Translations under genes and position numbers: made by a program | Notes under the pieces: generated by a model | Told to the model about the DNA's origin: nothing | Databases searched by the model: none | The model's input: only the letters and a program-made list of their open reading frames with translations | Source: Podarcis melisellensis | Lineage: Eukaryota | DNA: 64,000 nt | NCBI GenBank assembly: GCA_964234715.1 | Contig: OZ174275.1 | Reading direction: 5' to 3' (one strand) | Shown: positions 61,240 to 64,000 of the stretch, piece by piece | Layout: each line of letters starts with the position of its first letter | How positions within the stretch are numbered: position 1 is the first letter of the stretch

Positions 61240-61360
61240 CAGGGATGTGCCCCCCCAATGTTGTTGGAGTGGAACTGCCCCTATCTTGGCCATTGCCCAT
61301 ACTGGCTGATGGGAGTTGGAGTCAAACAACATCTGGAGGGCCACAGATTTTTCATGACTA
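61240..61360. mobile_element. hAT-Charlie-like palindromic MITE
   Basis: GGCTGATGGGAGTTGGAGTCAAACAACATCTGGAGGGCCAC; TSD-like CACTAGGC/TACTAAGC. Confidence 0.65.
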
Positions 61361-62839
61361 TACTAAGCTCTGTATCTGGCTTCTGAAAAGAATATACTCA
61401 CAGTCCTCAGAAACTGCATTTCACCAGTAGGAAAAATCAGCAAATGAAGAAAACGAATCCATATCTCAATGGCCAGAAGTGTGACATGGGTGAGATTCAG
61501 TCCCAAAAGCTTTACGGTTTCTTCCAGAAGACTCTGGAAATGTTCGTTTCTCACGATGCCTACTATCAGTTACTTCTCAGTCATCCTGGCCATATAGGTT
61601 TTGCCCATTTTTAAAAATGCTACAAAGCAGTGTGATTTCTGTGTTGCAGAAACAATAGGAGGAGAGTATATCAGACCTAGAGGCAATGGTGTCCCAACCA
61701 CGTCAACTATGAAAAGCTATTATCTTTCTCTTGTCTGAAGGAGGCCACCACAGCATACATGGAAATGGAATGAGAAATACAAGAGTGTGCACACTGCAGG
61801 TGTAGAAAAGAAGTCAACACCTCATGGGTGTGTTTCCTTTTCTTTTTACCACAATGTAGCAAACAAATATAAAAGCAGAGCTAACAGCCTGCAGTGAGAT
61901 TTTCTTTCCATTAATTTCAAACAGATCAGTTTTGAACATAACGAGAAATGCAATGTAAAGTATCTGGGAAATCCCTTGGGGTACAGAGTCTTATCCAAAT
62001 GAGATCGCACTCTTCATCCGCAATCTTCCATCTGTTGAAGTGTGTTTCTCATTATGGTTTTGTGGAATTTCCGTTTACGGTAAGTTTCAGACTGTATTGG
62101 GGTGAGGTCATGTTGTTTATTTTGAATGGCTCCTTTATTAAAGAAATCTAATCCAAGAGCACCCTTAGAGAGCATTTGGAGCAACAGGATATTAAATTAA
62201 TCTCATCACAGCCTTACAGAAAGTTACCTTTATAGTCTAAATGTACAGCTGCATCCAGAGTTTTGACATCCATAGAGACACAATTGTATTGTTCCATGCT
62301 TCTCCACTTCCCTGAGCATTAGGAAGTTCCAAAGGCAGCTTTTAACAGAGTCGTTTTTGAAGGAAGAGTCTTGGAAACTAACAGTCTTATAATATCAATA
62401 ATTTTACAACTCTACAAGTTGATTCCGGGGGGTGGGGTGGGGGGACAGAGGTATGCACAGAGGCAGCCATCCAGACAGTTTTAAAGTATAACCTGCCCCT
62501 ACCGCACATCCTACCTTTAAGTACCCTGCTCCCTTCTTCTTTCCAACTAGCTGCAAAAGTAAGACTTCTGACCTTTGGCTGTCTGCAGTTCAAACACCAA
62601 CTGTTCCTCTCAACCCAAGCAGGTGGGGAAGGATCCAGTAGCCACCAGCTGTCAAAAACCACCAAGGCCAAGAACCCTGGCTGAAGATAGGATTTGAAAT
62701 CAATGAAAGGTTGTGTGTGTGTCTATCTTCTTCTTTTTTTAAGCACAGGAAATTTTTAATTGCACAATCCAATTCATATCTATTTAGAAGTAAGTTCCAT
62801 TTAGCTTACTGGTATTCCAGTAAGTGGAATACCGGTGAT

Positions 62840-62953
62840 GCCCAGATGTTTTGGACTACAATATCCATGAGTGCCAGTCAGCATGGCTAATGGTCAGAGA
62901 TACTGGGAGCTGTACTTCAAAACGTCAGGAGGGCACCAAGTTGGGGAAGGCTG
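62840..62953. mobile_element. hAT-Charlie-like palindromic MITE, partial
   Basis: CCAGATGTTTTGGACTACAA...GGAGGGCACCAAGTTGGGGAAGGCTG. Confidence 0.7.
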
Positions 62954-64000
62954 CTTTAGTCTATTATTGAATCACATTTTGCTGAACTAAGCTTTGCCAT
63001 TGAAAACAGATGCCAGGGGCTATGACTTGGTACGTTGTGGTAGAAATGAAGCACTGTTTGTTAGAGATTACATGAGGTGGAATTAGTCTGTGGAGCAGTT
63101 GTCATGAACCTGTAAAGGTCCTCCAAAGAGACCCCTCCATGCTGGTGGGAGTAGTGGGGATTCTGGACTCATTTAGACTTAGCCTTGGCATCTACTTTCA
63201 ATGGAAGGACTCAACACTGAACAAGGGAAGTAAAAATAGAAGAACATGTCCCCAAAGCAGACGTGGAGTGAATTACTCTTGCTGCTGGGTAACTAGAAAT
63301 CACCCACACATTATGGAACAGGGGAAAGGCTTCCAGATTAGAAGGTGGTGTTTCTAGACAGCTTTGAGCCCCATATCTGTTTCCCTAGAAATTACACAGT
63401 TGAAATTAAGAGGTTGGGGCCAGGGCAGAAGAAAGGAAAGTTTCACTGCTGGCAAGGGAACAGGTCGTACTCCTCAAGGGATGTACAAGAGAGAGAAAAT
63501 AGTGTCAGAAATGTCATTGTTGTTGTTAGATATAGTAACGAGGAGGTCTTATTAAGCATAACAGTTATGAACATAATGAACTTTATTCTAGAGGAGAGGT
63601 ATTTCTCAAGTCTTTAGTCGCCCACAGGTAGACTCCTCTCAGGGTACATTTTGTCATAAGCACAACAGGAAATGTGAATTATCCCTACCCTATTCATGAC
63701 TGTTGGCCTCCATCGCTTGTCTCCAAAGGGATGGCACAAAATGAAAAATATATGCTTGAATACTAATTTGGCCTAATGGACAGGAAATGTAGAAAGGTTA
63801 TGAATGGAAAGTATTCAAAGTGAAAAACTTAGCAGCGGGGTATGACAGGAGTCTGTGTTTTAGATTCCAGCACTGAAATATTTATGGAAATATAATTTAT
63901 GCAGTGGGATAGAAAGCAGAAATTTCCAAGTTTGCAGATAATGCTTAATTCAGTCAGGTTAGCAAATAATGACATGTCAGATGGCCAAAACAAAGAGATT

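Overview
Eukaryotic, non-coding DNA from a squamate reptile, most likely a lacertid lizard. The taxon is inferred from the repeats: Sauria/Squam1 SINEs, a Bov-B RTE fragment, CR1 and L2 LINE remnants and many MITEs. I can support no intact protein-coding gene. The recognisable ORFs are LINE fragments (L2, Bov-B, CR1) or artefacts of GC-rich repeats, so the window is probably part of a long intron or intergenic DNA. The most structured objects are: (1) a three-layer nest at 6631-8015, where a MITE with 6-bp target-site duplications (TSDs) carries an L2 tail, into which a young Penelope-like element inserted with 333-bp inverted arms and two minimal hammerhead-ribozyme motifs; (2) a second Penelope family remnant with a well-formed minimal hammerhead at 26365-26404; (3) two Tigger-like elements with the same ~120-bp ends but unrelated internal tandem arrays (43110-44766 and 50009-50993); (4) a hAT MITE containing TTAGGG hexamers; (5) several minus-strand splice-signal candidates, including a possible recursive splice site. 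Family names come from pattern recognition only; no database search was run. I found no evidence of a new protein-coding system. The best novelty candidates are the transposon-cargo and ribozyme architectures.
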